Shown in pieces: positions 27,495 to 37,395 of a stretch of 64,000 nucleotides of DNA (position 1 is the stretch's first letter; each line of letters opens with the position of its first letter). The translations under genes and the position numbers were made by a program. Under the pieces are notes generated by a model. That model saw only the letters and a program-made list of their open reading frames with translations. It had not been told where the DNA came from and did no database searches. This DNA comes from Planctomycetota bacterium (GTDB lineage Bacteria; Planctomycetota; B15-G4; JADJEK01), in assembly GCA_044225365.1 (NCBI GenBank), contig JBGAIQ010000013.1:80261-144260 (forward strand), in the 5' to 3' direction.

Positions 27495-29291
27495 ATGAAA
27501 GAACCTGAGAAGCGACGCCCCGGGGATACGACGGTGATCGCGGGCCGCAACGACGCCAAGGCGCAGAAGACGTCGGCCACGCAGATCCTGTCGGCGGCGG
27601 AAGCGCGCGCGGCACGCCGCAGCGGCAAGCGGCAAGGCGATTCGTCGGTGATGTTCACCGACGACCGCATCCGGCGTCAGGGTCTCGGCGTCTCGCTCAA
27701 GTTCGCGCTCGCCATCAGCGGTGTCATCGCGGTCTTCATGCTGCTCTTCATCTCGATCGTCAGCAGCGACATGCAGGACGCGATGAACGAGGAGATCGAC
27801 ATCGCCGGCGTCAACGCCGCGCGCGCTCTCGCCCTCCCGGACTACATCACGTGGAGCCCGTACCATCGCGCCTACGGCGGAACGGACCTCGCTCGCTTCG
27901 AAGAAGAGTACATGAAGGGTGAGTCGAAACCGGCCGAGAGCAAACTCGGAAAGGCCGAGCAGGAGACGGCGCAGAAGCGCATCGCGGCCAACAAGAAGCG
28001 GCTCGAGCGCATCCTGTCGAAGAACCAGTCCGAATCGCTCATCCTGAACGCGCTCATCTACAACGCCGATCGCACGAAGTACCAACTCCAGGCCGGAAGC
28101 GAGCAACTCCTCGAATTCGTCGGCACGACGCAGCCCGAGCGCGACGGCGTAAAGGTCGAGTACGGGCGCTTCCGCAAGATCGGCGGCGACGAGAATCGCG
28201 CCCGCCAGTACAGCGCGCCGATCGAGAACGAGAACGGGATCATCGACGGGTGGGCGACGGTCATCCTTTCCGAGCAGTCGATCGAGAAGAAGATCTCCGA
28301 GCTGCGCACGCATCTCGCGGCGCTCGCACTCGGCTTCATCCTGCTCGGCATCGGCGTCGCGTTCTTCATGGGCAACATGATCACGAAGCCGATCATCGAC
28401 CTCACTCGCGACGTCGAGATCATCGCGAAGGGCGATCTCGAGCATCATCCGAAGGTCACGACTCGCGACGAGATCGGCGTGCTCGGCCGCACGATCGAAC
28501 GGATGGCGAAGAGCCTGCACGAAGCGCAGGGCCATCAGATCGAGCATGCGAAGCAGAAGCACCAGTTGCAGGTCGCGCTCGAGATCCAGGCCAACCTGTT
28601 CCCGAAGAACCTCCCCGCGATCCCCGGCTACGACGTCGCATCGCATTACCAGGCGGGGCCCGAAGTCGGCGGCGACTACTACGACGTCATCGTGTTGCCC
28701 GATGGGCGCTGGCTGATGATGGTGGCGTCGGCGTCCGGCAAGGGCATTCCCGCCGCGATGCTCACGACGATGGCGCGTTCGTTCATCACCGCGCTCGCCG
28801 AACGCGAGAAGTCGCCGCAGGAACTGCTGAAGGTCGTCAATCGACTCCTCTCGCCGGACCTCCGGCGCGGCATGTACGTGACCGCTTTGCTCTGTCTCCT
28901 CGATCCGCGCACGGGCAAGCTGACGGTGGCGAATGCCGGACACAATCCGCTCATCGTGTTCTCGGGAGAGAGCCGGAAGGCGAAGTCGATCCACAGCGAC
29001 GGCATCGCTCTCGGTTTCGACAAGGGCCCGGTGTTCGAGCGGACGCTGCGCGAAGTCGAACTCGAACTGAAAGCGGGCGACCGGATCGTGCTGTGCACGC
29101 CCGGCCTCTTCGGCATCAAGGATTCGGGCGGGAACGAACTCGGCGAGCAGCGCTTCTATCAGCTCGTCGAACGCGAGGGCGCCAAGGACAGCGGCGCGTT
29201 CGTGAAGCTCGTCGCGCACACGCTCGAGCGTTTCGCCGACAACGGATGGATGGAGACGGACGTCACGTTCGTCACCCTGCAGCGCACCTGA
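27495..29291 (+). CDS. Membrane HAMP-domain SpoIIE/RsbU-like PP2C-family protein (catalytic Asp residues altered)
   Basis: Two TM helices, HAMP (DEIGVLGRTIERMA), EVGGDYYD, SGKGIPAA, ANAGHNP. Confidence 0.85.
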   Translation: MKEPEKRRPGDTTVIAGRNDAKAQKTSATQILSAAEARAARRSGKRQGDSSVMFTDDRIRRQGLGVSLKFALAISGVIAVFMLLFISIVSSDMQDAMNEEIDIAGVNAARALALPDYITWSPYHRAYGGTDLARFEEEYMKGESKPAESKLGKAEQETAQKRIAANKKRLERILSKNQSESLILNALIYNADRTKYQLQAGSEQLLEFVGTTQPERDGVKVEYGRFRKIGGDENRARQYSAPIENENGIIDGWATVILSEQSIEKKISELRTHLAALALGFILLGIGVAFFMGNMITKPIIDLTRDVEIIAKGDLEHHPKVTTRDEIGVLGRTIERMAKSLHEAQGHQIEHAKQKHQLQVALEIQANLFPKNLPAIPGYDVASHYQAGPEVGGDYYDVIVLPDGRWLMMVASASGKGIPAAMLTTMARSFITALAEREKSPQELLKVVNRLLSPDLRRGMYVTALLCLLDPRTGKLTVANAGHNPLIVFSGESRKAKSIHSDGIALGFDKGPVFERTLREVELELKAGDRIVLCTPGLFGIKDSGGNELGEQRFYQLVEREGAKDSGAFVKLVAHTLERFADNGWMETDVTFVTLQRT

Positions 29292-29357
29292 CCTCCGGAA
29301 ACCGGGGTCGACGACGCGCATCCGACGGACTCGCCCGATCCTCTTCGCGGGGTCTTC

Positions 29358-31340
29358 ATGAATCCGTCGCTCGCGTCGCAATCCACGTCGTCCATCGATC
29401 CGCTTCGTGAATGGCTCGAGGCCGACGGGCTCGGCGGGTTCGCTTCGGGAACGATGTCGCGACTTCGCACGCGTCGTTATCACGGACTGCTGCTCGTCGC
29501 GACGAAACCGCCCGCGGGTCGCGTGATGCTGGTGAACGACGTCGAGGCCTGGATCGAGACGGCGAACGGAAGAACGGCGCTGTCGTCGTCGGCCTACCAC
29601 CCGGATGTCGTGCATCCCGACGGTCGCGATCGCATCGTCGCATTCGATCCACAACCGTGGCCGACATGGAGCTTTCGCGTCGCGGACGGCGTCTTCGTGC
29701 GGCACGAGTTGTTCGCCGTGGCCGGCAGCGCGATCGTCGCGATGCGCTGGTCGCTCGTCGGCGAGGCGAAGGGCGCAAGGCTCATTGTGCGTCCCCTACT
29801 CTCGGGTCGCGACTTCCACGCAACGCATCACGAGAATCCGAACTTCGATTTCACGGCCACTGCGATCGACCACGGCGTAGCCGTGAGGCCGTATCGCGAT
29901 CTGCCGGCGGTGAAGATGCGCGGGAACGGCGCGTATCGCCACGCGCCCGAGTGGTATCGGAACTATCGCTACGACGTCGAGCGCGAGCGCGGTCTCGAGG
30001 ATCGCGAGGACCTCGGCTCGCCGGGCGAGTTCGTGTTCGAGATCGACTCCGCGCCGGCGGTGATGATCCTCGAGGCGGCGAGCGACGGGATCGATCCGCG
30101 ATCACCCGGGCTCGAGCCGCGGGGCCGATTCGCCCCGCTCGCACATTTCGCCCGACTCGAACGAATCGAGCGAGAGCGGCGGGAGCGGCTCGGTGGTCCG
30201 CTCGAGCGTGCGGCGGACGCGTACGTGGTGCGCAGGGGCGGGGGCCGGACGATCATCGCGGGATATCCGTGGTTCGGCGATTGGGGCCGCGACACCTTCA
30301 TCGCGTTGCGCGGACTCTGCCTCGCGACGGGCCGCTTCGACGAAGCGCGCGCGATGCTCGTCGAATGGGCGGGAGTCGTCTCGCAGGGGATGTTGCCAAA
30401 TCGCTTCCCCGATGGCGGCGAGGCGCCCGAGTACAACTCGGTCGATGCATCCTTGTGGTACGTCGTCGCGGCCGGGCATTTCCTCGATCTCGCGGGCAAG
30501 ACGTTGTCGAAGCCCGACCGTGCCCGAATCGGCGGCGCGATCGAGTCGATCCTCGAGGGCTACGCGCGGGGGACGCGATTCGGAATTCGAATGGACGTGG
30601 ACGGGCTGCTCGCCTGCGGCGAAGTCGGCGTCGATGGCACGGCCACGACGCAGTTGACGTGGATGGATGCGAAGGTCGGCGATCACGTGATGACGCCGCG
30701 CGTCGGCAAGCCGGTCGAGATCCAGGCGCTATGGGTCAACGCGTTGACGATCGGCGCGCGTTTCGACCAGAAGTTCGCCGCGACGGCGGAGCGCGCGACG
30801 GTGGCGTCCGCCGAACGGTTCTGGAACGAGAGCGCGGGCTGCCTCTACGACGTCGTCGACGTGGATCATCGGCCCGGCGCGGTCGATGCCTCGTTGCGTC
30901 CGAATCAATTGCTCGCGGTCGGCGGGCTTCCCGTCGCATGGCTCGTCGGCGAACGGGCGCGAAGGGTCGTCGACGTCGTACTCGAGCGATTGATGACGCC
31001 GCTCGGTCCTCGCTCGCTCGATGCGCGCGACCCCCGATACGCCGGGCGTTACGAGGGCGGCCCCGCGCATCGGGATTCGATCTACCACCAAGGGCCCGTC
31101 TGGCCGTGGCTGCTCGGCGGATTCGTCGACGCCTTTGTGCGCGTCCGAGGCGGCGATCGCGCCGCGCGCGATGAAGCGCAGGCGCGATTCATCGGTCCGC
31201 TGCGCGATTGGATGCGAAAGCACGGCGCCTCGCATCTTCCCGAGATCACCGACGGCGACTCCCCGCACATCGCCCGGGGCTGCCCCTTCCAGGCCTGGTC
31301 GCTCGGCGAACTGCTGTGGGCGGAGCAACAGCTGCGCTGA
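29358..31340 (+). CDS. Glycogen debranching enzyme (amylo-alpha-1,6-glucosidase)
   Basis: EWLEADGLGGFASGT, AGYPWFGDWGRDTFI, LTWMDAK, YHQGPVWPWL, GCPFQAWS. Confidence 0.93.
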   Translation: MNPSLASQSTSSIDPLREWLEADGLGGFASGTMSRLRTRRYHGLLLVATKPPAGRVMLVNDVEAWIETANGRTALSSSAYHPDVVHPDGRDRIVAFDPQPWPTWSFRVADGVFVRHELFAVAGSAIVAMRWSLVGEAKGARLIVRPLLSGRDFHATHHENPNFDFTATAIDHGVAVRPYRDLPAVKMRGNGAYRHAPEWYRNYRYDVERERGLEDREDLGSPGEFVFEIDSAPAVMILEAASDGIDPRSPGLEPRGRFAPLAHFARLERIERERRERLGGPLERAADAYVVRRGGGRTIIAGYPWFGDWGRDTFIALRGLCLATGRFDEARAMLVEWAGVVSQGMLPNRFPDGGEAPEYNSVDASLWYVVAAGHFLDLAGKTLSKPDRARIGGAIESILEGYARGTRFGIRMDVDGLLACGEVGVDGTATTQLTWMDAKVGDHVMTPRVGKPVEIQALWVNALTIGARFDQKFAATAERATVASAERFWNESAGCLYDVVDVDHRPGAVDASLRPNQLLAVGGLPVAWLVGERARRVVDVVLERLMTPLGPRSLDARDPRYAGRYEGGPAHRDSIYHQGPVWPWLLGGFVDAFVRVRGGDRAARDEAQARFIGPLRDWMRKHGASHLPEITDGDSPHIARGCPFQAWSLGELLWAEQQLR

Positions 31341-31345
31341 CGGCC

Positions 31346-31548
31346 GGCGGAGACGGATCGCAGCCGCCGCCACCGCGGCGGAGACGGATCGCAGCCACCG
31401 CCGCCGCGGCGGATACGGATCGCAGCCGCCGCCGCCGCGGCGGAGACGGATCGGAGCCACCGCCGCCGCGGCGGATACGGATCGCAGCCACCGCCGCCGC
31501 GTCCGCCGCCGCCAAAACGGCGGGGACGGACCGCGTCCACCGCCGCCG
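31346..31548 (+). repeat. Tandem 31-bp repeat (5 copies plus one degenerate)
   Basis: GGCGGA(G/T)ACGGATCGCAGCC(A/G)CCGCCGCCGC x5 at 31346-31500; degenerate copy 31519-31548. Confidence 0.9.
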
Positions 31549-31550
31549 AC

Positions 31551-31567
31551 TTGGCACGACGGATGCC
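31551..31567 (+). promoter_or_regulatory. Putative sigma54 (-24/-12) promoter
   Basis: TTGGCACGACGGATGC fits TGGCACG-N4-TTGC with exact GG-N10-GC spacing. Confidence 0.6.
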
Positions 31568-31718
31568 ATGCAGTCCCACCGCAAGACGATGCGCCGGTCC
31601 AAGATCGGATCGAAAGCGTGCGGCTCGCACCGGTTATGGGGCTCGTTCGACGATCGAACGAGCCCTGGGCCAAGAACCAGGTCCGCAGGCAAACCGGACC
31701 CACGAGAGGAATGTAGAA

Positions 31719-31868
31719 ATGCTGTACACCATCGCCGTCGTCCTCATCATCCTTTGGCTGCTCGGTCTCGTGTCGTCGTACACGATCGGCGGGTTCATTC
31801 ACATTCTGCTCGTCGTCGCACTCATCATGATCCTCCTGCGGTTCATCGATGGACGTCGCGCCGTCTGA
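31719..31868 (+). CDS. lmo0937-family small membrane protein
   Basis: MLYTIAVVLIILWLLGLVSSYTIGGFIHILLVVA...GRR; GAGGA RBS. Confidence 0.9.
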   Translation: MLYTIAVVLIILWLLGLVSSYTIGGFIHILLVVALIMILLRFIDGRRAV

Positions 31869-31928
31869 TCTTCTCGCGAAGCGCTTGCGTCGCGAAATAC
31901 CCCTTCTCACTGGTTCGAGGAAAGCGTC

Positions 31929-32135
31929 ATGAATCGCGGACTCTCCGTCGCCTTGTTGGTCGTTGGAATCATTCTGATCGTTTGGGGCATGCGGGCCACC
32001 GACTCCATCAGTTCCGACATCTCCCGCGTCTTCACGGGTTCGCCGACCGATCGCGCCGTATGGCTCCTCGGCGGCGGCATCATCGCGGCGATCGTAGGAC
32101 TGTTCGGCACGTTCCGAACTGCGAACTCGAACTGA
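31929..32135 (+). CDS. DUF3185-family small membrane protein
   Basis: GIILIVWG...DSISSDISRVFTGSPTDRAVWLL. Confidence 0.85.
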   Translation: MNRGLSVALLVVGIILIVWGMRATDSISSDISRVFTGSPTDRAVWLLGGGIIAAIVGLFGTFRTANSN

Positions 32136-32474
32136 CGGGGAGACCCCGTTCCTTCCGACACTCCTCGAGGATCGCGGTATTTCCCAGCGTGCTTCGTGTC
32201 GCCGCTCTTCTGAAAGGACGCACGGAGTCGCGCGTGGAAGTGGCGTTTCGTCTCTTCGTCGATCGAGTCGCGGAACATCTCCACTCCCTCGATCCACCGA
32301 TCCCACCGCATCGAAGTGAGGCTCTGTGAGTTCCGCAGAGCCCTTCGCCTTGTCGATGTTGGCGACGACCTGCGATGCGAGCACGCCATCGACGGCGAAG
32401 ATGTCGACGGTCGACTCGCCGCCCAGATCAGAGGCGATGAGTTGCTCGAGCAAGATCGATGCCCGCGCCGCGGT

Positions 32475-33779
32475 TCACTTCGAGTGCGGCAGAGTCATCA
32501 CGAAGAAGTTCTGCGAGTTCGTGCCCGGGGCCTCGAACTTCTCGGTGCGCGAAGTGAAGACGAGATGCTTGCCGTCGCCGCAGAGCGCGGAGAAGTCGAG
32601 CGAGTCTTTCTCGGTGACGGAGTCGATCAAGTCGAGACGAAGCACCTCGGTGCTCTTCGTCACGCGATCGAAGCAGCGGGCCGAGTTGTAGCTGCCACCG
32701 ACCTGGTCGTCGATGTCCTCGATCGCCTGAACGGAGAGGTAGCGTCCATCTTCGCTGATCGACGTGCGTGAGAGCCCGAGGGAGTGCGCGCCCTCCTCGA
32801 ACGCTTCGCAGCGCGAGAGCGTGTTCGTGACACGGTCGTAGAAGAATCCGTCGACTCGATCCCCGTCGTGGTCATCGTTCGTGAGGTTGTTCGCGTCGGA
32901 GACGAATCCGACGTAGCGCCCGTTCTTCGAGATCGCCGGGTTGCGGCTCGCACCGTTCGCCACCGCGCCATTCACGCCGAGCGAAACGAGCGACGTGACG
33001 TGGGACTTTCGGTCGTGGACGAACACGTCGCTGTACGCGAGCGGTTCGGGAGCTCCTGCGGCGAGGTTGTGCGCCTTCGTCGCGAAGGTGATCACGCTTC
33101 CGTCGCCCGAGAGCGCAAAGCTATCGATGTCGGCGTCCGCGCCGACTCCGGCCGCCGTTTCGCTGATGCGCTCCATGGACTTCGACTTGGTGTCGAACAC
33201 GAAGATCTGCCGTTTGCCGTTCGAGACTCCGTTCGTGAGGTTCGACGCGAGAGAACGGAACGCCACGACTCGACCGTTGCCGGAGATGGCGACCAGATCG
33301 CAGTCGAGGTTGCCGCCGCCGCCCGTCTGGATGGGCGTGCACCGAATCCGCTGCTTCGTCTTCACGTCGTCGAGGTACACCTGGCTGAAGCCGTTGAAGG
33401 TGAAGCCCGTGTTGGTCGCTCGCGTGACGAATGCGACGTAACGGCCATTGCTCGAGATCGCCTGGTCGGTCACGTGATCGTCGAACTCGTCGCCATTCGG
33501 CCCGAGGCTGACGCAGACGATCGCGTTCTTCGCGGTGTCGGCGCGAAAGAGCTGCGCCTTGCCGTTGCCGACGGATGGAACGAGGTTGTTCGCCGTCGAG
33601 CGAAACGAGATGTAGCGACCCGATTTCGATGGATGGAGATCGAGCGCGGACACCATCGTCGAGCCGATTCCGGTGAACGCGAGTTTGGCGCTCGGGGCCG
33701 ATGGAATCACGATGTCGCAAAGAGCGACGGTCGAGATCGAAAGGGCGAGGACAGCGGCGAAGTTGCACTTGCGATTCAT
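32475..33779 (-). CDS. Secreted TolB-like/PD40 beta-propeller protein
   Basis: Repeats AISSNGRYVAF, AISGNGRVVAFRSLASNL, PAISKNGRYVGFVSDANNL. Confidence 0.85.
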   Translation of the reverse strand: MNRKCNFAAVLALSISTVALCDIVIPSAPSAKLAFTGIGSTMVSALDLHPSKSGRYISFRSTANNLVPSVGNGKAQLFRADTAKNAIVCVSLGPNGDEFDDHVTDQAISSNGRYVAFVTRATNTGFTFNGFSQVYLDDVKTKQRIRCTPIQTGGGGNLDCDLVAISGNGRVVAFRSLASNLTNGVSNGKRQIFVFDTKSKSMERISETAAGVGADADIDSFALSGDGSVITFATKAHNLAAGAPEPLAYSDVFVHDRKSHVTSLVSLGVNGAVANGASRNPAISKNGRYVGFVSDANNLTNDDHDGDRVDGFFYDRVTNTLSRCEAFEEGAHSLGLSRTSISEDGRYLSVQAIEDIDDQVGGSYNSARCFDRVTKSTEVLRLDLIDSVTEKDSLDFSALCGDGKHLVFTSRTEKFEAPGTNSQNFFVMTLPHSK

Positions 33780-33863
33780 GGGAGTCCATCCGAGGGGTCG
33801 GCGTTGCGAACTCTCGATGGATCCAGGCGGCCCGCGCGACCGGCCCACGAATTCTGGGGGGAA

Positions 33864-34718
33864 TCACGGATCGCGAAGCAGCGCGGCGTAACCCTCGCGA
33901 TACGACGGATAGCGGAAGGCGTACCCGCTCGCGCAGAGCCGGCGATTCGAGCAGCGCTTGCCGCCGCCGCGTGATCCGTCCTGCGACGGCGTTGGAACCG
34001 GCAGCCCGATGCGGTCCGCGACGTAGCGCACGACCTCGAAGAGCGGCGCGGGCTCGTCGTCGACCCCGACGTAGACACTCTCGGGATCCGACGAACGAAG
34101 GAGATGGCGCACGGCGCCGGCGGCGTCATCGCGGTGGATTCGGTTCGTCCACTGCGGTGGATCGAGGCGATAGCGAATCGTTCCGTTTCGCACCGCCTCC
34201 ACGAAACGCGTGCGTCCGGGTCCATAGATCCCGCCGAGACGGACGACGATCGATCGGAACGGGAAGCTCTGCAGCAAGAGCTCGCCTTCGCGCACGCGAT
34301 CGACGCGCCCCTCGACAGCGATGGGGGGAAGCGGCGTGTCCTCGTCCACGCGGCTTCCGTCGTCCTGCGGATACACACCCGTGCTCGACGTGAAGACGAT
34401 GCGCTGCGGAGCCTGGTCCTGCTGCGTCAGCGCGACGAGGAGATGGCGCAGCCCGTCGACGTAGGCCGCGCGATACGCCGCGTCGGACGAATCGCCCGCT
34501 CCGACCGCGTACACGACGGCATCGAGAGCCTGCGGCAGATTCACGAGACTCGCCGAGTTCGAGAGGTCCGCTGCGAAAGGGACGATGCCCGGTACGTCGG
34601 CGTGCAATCTCGACACGTCGCGCCGCAGGCCGATCACTTCGTCGCCGTCCTCGATCAGCATCGAAGCGAGCCTCGAGCCGACGTAGCCGCAGCCTGCGAT
34701 GAGGACGCGGCGCGTCAT
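33864..34718 (-). CDS. NAD-dependent epimerase/SDR family protein
   Basis: IAGCGYVG, SSTGVY, RLGGIYGPGR, NRIHRDDAA; ATGA overlap with upstream gene. Confidence 0.88.
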   Translation of the reverse strand: MTRRVLIAGCGYVGSRLASMLIEDGDEVIGLRRDVSRLHADVPGIVPFAADLSNSASLVNLPQALDAVVYAVGAGDSSDAAYRAAYVDGLRHLLVALTQQDQAPQRIVFTSSTGVYPQDDGSRVDEDTPLPPIAVEGRVDRVREGELLLQSFPFRSIVVRLGGIYGPGRTRFVEAVRNGTIRYRLDPPQWTNRIHRDDAAGAVRHLLRSSDPESVYVGVDDEPAPLFEVVRYVADRIGLPVPTPSQDGSRGGGKRCSNRRLCASGYAFRYPSYREGYAALLRDP

Positions 34719-37174
34719 TTCATGCGCGCCATCGTGAGGATCGAGTAGCGGATGCCGTAGAGCGCCATCTTCGAGCCGTCGTCGAAGTCGCGCATCGTCT
34801 CGGAATCGATGCCAAAACCGTTGTGCCCGACGAGCAGGTCGTTGTTGTGCATCCCGTTCACGTCGCCCGAATCCCAACGGAAGGCGAAGATCGCGCCCTG
34901 ATCGGACTTGGCGAAGGCGACCGGAACGCGCGACAACGTCCACACGTCGTACATCAGGTTCGTGAGCCAGCCGTGGTCGAGCGCGGTATTCCCGACTTGC
35001 ATGGTCCGCCACATCGTCATGAGGCCGTCCTCGCCCGGCCAGCCCGTGTGGAAGATGCACAGTTGCGCGTCGTCCTTGAACGTCACCTGCGGACGCGTGG
35101 TGCAGTGGTTCGTCGCACCTTCGCCGTGCGTCCAGATCGTCTCGTCCTGGACGAGCGCGTCCTTCTTGCGGGTGAACCACGACACGCGCATGTTGAACCG
35201 GGCGCCTGCGCTGTTCGTCCACGACGTGACGACCGCAATGCGACCGTCGCGCGGATCGCGAGCGAGGCCCGCGGGCACCAGCGAGTTGAGTTCGAGCGAC
35301 TGCCACTTGGTGAGCGTGGGCTTTCCGCCCGCCCAATCGAACCAGGCGGCGCTCAGCGCGCCTTCGCCGTCGCGGTGGATCAGCAGGACCCGAGGATCCT
35401 TCGCCTCGAGCCGCGCGCACGAGAGATCGCCGTCGAACACGTCGGGCAGATCGACGAACGCGTCGGAGGTCGCCGCGTCGAAGCGGGCGGCGCGCCACCC
35501 CGTGCGTTTCCTCACGAACACGAAGCCGTCCGTTTCGCCGCCGACCGCGATCGGTTCGTCCTCCGTGGCGCCATTCTTGATCTCACGCGGATCGGCCCAC
35601 TTCTCGGCGCCTTGATACTCGCGCACGAGCAGCCTTCCGTGCTCCTGGCCGCTGTAGAGCATGTACGTCTTGCCCGCGACGACGGCGAGAACGGGACCCG
35701 AACCCGAGAGTCCGAGATTGCGGCGCGTGCCGCCGTGCGTCGAGCCGCCGTAGTTGATGTCCGCCGAAACGGGCTGCTCGTCGAACTTGCCGTTCTGGTT
35801 CCAGTCGATCGCCGTTCCCCCTTTGCCGTCGTCCTTCAGCAGGAAGCGAAACGGCCCGGCTTCGAGGTACTTCAGATCGGCGTAGGGAAACGGCAGGTGC
35901 TCTTCGAGGTGATTCTCGTCGAGGACGATCGAGCGAAATCGGCCGTCGGAGAATCGTACGGCGTTGCCGTCGCCCCCGAGCGAATAGCTGAACGCGTAGT
36001 TCATGAGCGACGGGTAGAGCGGACACCACGCGGCGGGCGAGTCGCCGGTGTGCGAGAGCGACAACTGATGACCGAACTCGTGAGCGAAGACGGCGAAGCC
36101 CGTTCCGCAGCCGCCCATGTCGCCCGTTTCCTGCGCCTGGCCGCCGCCCCAGGGCGTGACCTGCATCCAGTGCATCAGGCCGCGCTCCTCGGGCTTCACG
36201 TGCGCGTTGCCGCATTCGGGCCACGAGCCGCCGTGTTGGTCATCCTTCGTGATGATGGGATCGATGCGAACATGCAGCGCGATGCCGGGCTTGCCGTCCG
36301 GGTTGCTCGTCTTCAACGCCGCGAAGAGTTCGGCGGAGCGCGCGAGTTCCTTGGTCTCCCCCGCGACATCGATGCCCTCGTACGGGCCGATGATGCAGAT
36401 CACGTCCTGATGGAGCGGCGAGAGCTGGGTGCCAGGGCCGGCGTTCGCGCCGCGCGGCAATCCCTTCACCTCGAACCCGTCGAGCAGGCCGTCGTTGTCG
36501 GTATCGTTGTCGAGCGGATCGGTGCCGAGCGCGGCTTCCTCGGCGTCGGTCAGGCCGTCGCCATCCTGGTCGGGGTTCGCTCCGTTCGGCGCGATCAAGA
36601 GCCGTACGGCGCGATAGGGATGGGGGAGCGTGCAGTCGAAGATCCCGAGGTAGTCGGCGACGCCGTCCTTCGAGAAGTCGGCGCTCGCGACGAACAGGAG
36701 TTTCGCGCCGGGATCGTATGGCGGCGGGGCGAGCGGGAACGGCGATTCGACCGGCTTGATCGGTGTCGCCGGGAGGGCGTCCTTGAACCGCGTGAGCTTG
36801 CCGTCCTTGTAGGAGCCGTAGCGCACTACGCGATCGGCATAGTGCACATCGACCGCGGGCTCGGCGCCGGGCACGAACTCCAGCGCGGTCGCGCCGTCGT
36901 CGACCGCCTCGGCGAGGACCTCCCATCCCGACGCCTTCCAGCCGTTCACGGAGTAGGCGACGCAGAGCTGCTTCGGGCCGTTGATCGTGAAGACGTCCGC
37001 GAAGCCGTCCAGATCGAGGTCGCCCGCCGCGAACAAAGCGCAGTCGGTGCCCGTGAGCGTCCAGTCGTTCGTCTTGGGAGTGCTCGCTGGCGGCGCGGTG
37101 GGCGCGGGAGCGGCGGGCGCCGGGGGATCGTCACGGAGAAGGAGACCAGCGAGGAGGAACAGCACGGCGGACAA
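34715..37174 (-). CDS. Secreted zinc metalloprotease (metzincin-like) with Ca-binding repeats and C-terminal beta-rich domain
   Basis: HEFGHQLSLSH plus SLMNY Met-turn; DQDGDGLTDAEE...GTDPLDNDTDNDGLLDGFE; FG-GAP-like GDLDLDGFAD; start uncertain. Confidence 0.75.
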   Translation of the reverse strand: MSAVLFLLAGLLLRDDPPAPAAPAPTAPPASTPKTNDWTLTGTDCALFAAGDLDLDGFADVFTINGPKQLCVAYSVNGWKASGWEVLAEAVDDGATALEFVPGAEPAVDVHYADRVVRYGSYKDGKLTRFKDALPATPIKPVESPFPLAPPPYDPGAKLLFVASADFSKDGVADYLGIFDCTLPHPYRAVRLLIAPNGANPDQDGDGLTDAEEAALGTDPLDNDTDNDGLLDGFEVKGLPRGANAGPGTQLSPLHQDVICIIGPYEGIDVAGETKELARSAELFAALKTSNPDGKPGIALHVRIDPIITKDDQHGGSWPECGNAHVKPEERGLMHWMQVTPWGGGQAQETGDMGGCGTGFAVFAHEFGHQLSLSHTGDSPAAWCPLYPSLMNYAFSYSLGGDGNAVRFSDGRFRSIVLDENHLEEHLPFPYADLKYLEAGPFRFLLKDDGKGGTAIDWNQNGKFDEQPVSADINYGGSTHGGTRRNLGLSGSGPVLAVVAGKTYMLYSGQEHGRLLVREYQGAEKWADPREIKNGATEDEPIAVGGETDGFVFVRKRTGWRAARFDAATSDAFVDLPDVFDGDLSCARLEAKDPRVLLIHRDGEGALSAAWFDWAGGKPTLTKWQSLELNSLVPAGLARDPRDGRIAVVTSWTNSAGARFNMRVSWFTRKKDALVQDETIWTHGEGATNHCTTRPQVTFKDDAQLCIFHTGWPGEDGLMTMWRTMQVGNTALDHGWLTNLMYDVWTLSRVPVAFAKSDQGAIFAFRWDSGDVNGMHNNDLLVGHNGFGIDSETMRDFDDGSKMALYGIRYSILTMARMK

Positions 37175-37395
37175 GCGGGGACTCCGGCAGCAAGGAGCGC
37201 GACGAGAGAGCGACCGGGCATTGTAGTCCCGGTTCGCGAATTCGTCTCTCCCATCGCGATGCCGGCGGGGAACATCCGTTCCGACTCGAGAAGACAGGCG
37301 CGATCCCATGCGGCAAGGCAAGTTCGGGCGCCTATGATGGCGGGTTTCCCCGACCCCTTTGCCCCCATTTCACGGGGGCACCCGGCCGCGAATCG

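Noticed and set aside
31346-31548. Tandem repeats (also 63211-63373) as CRISPR arrays
   Set aside because: Units are contiguous with no unique spacers, and no cas genes are present.
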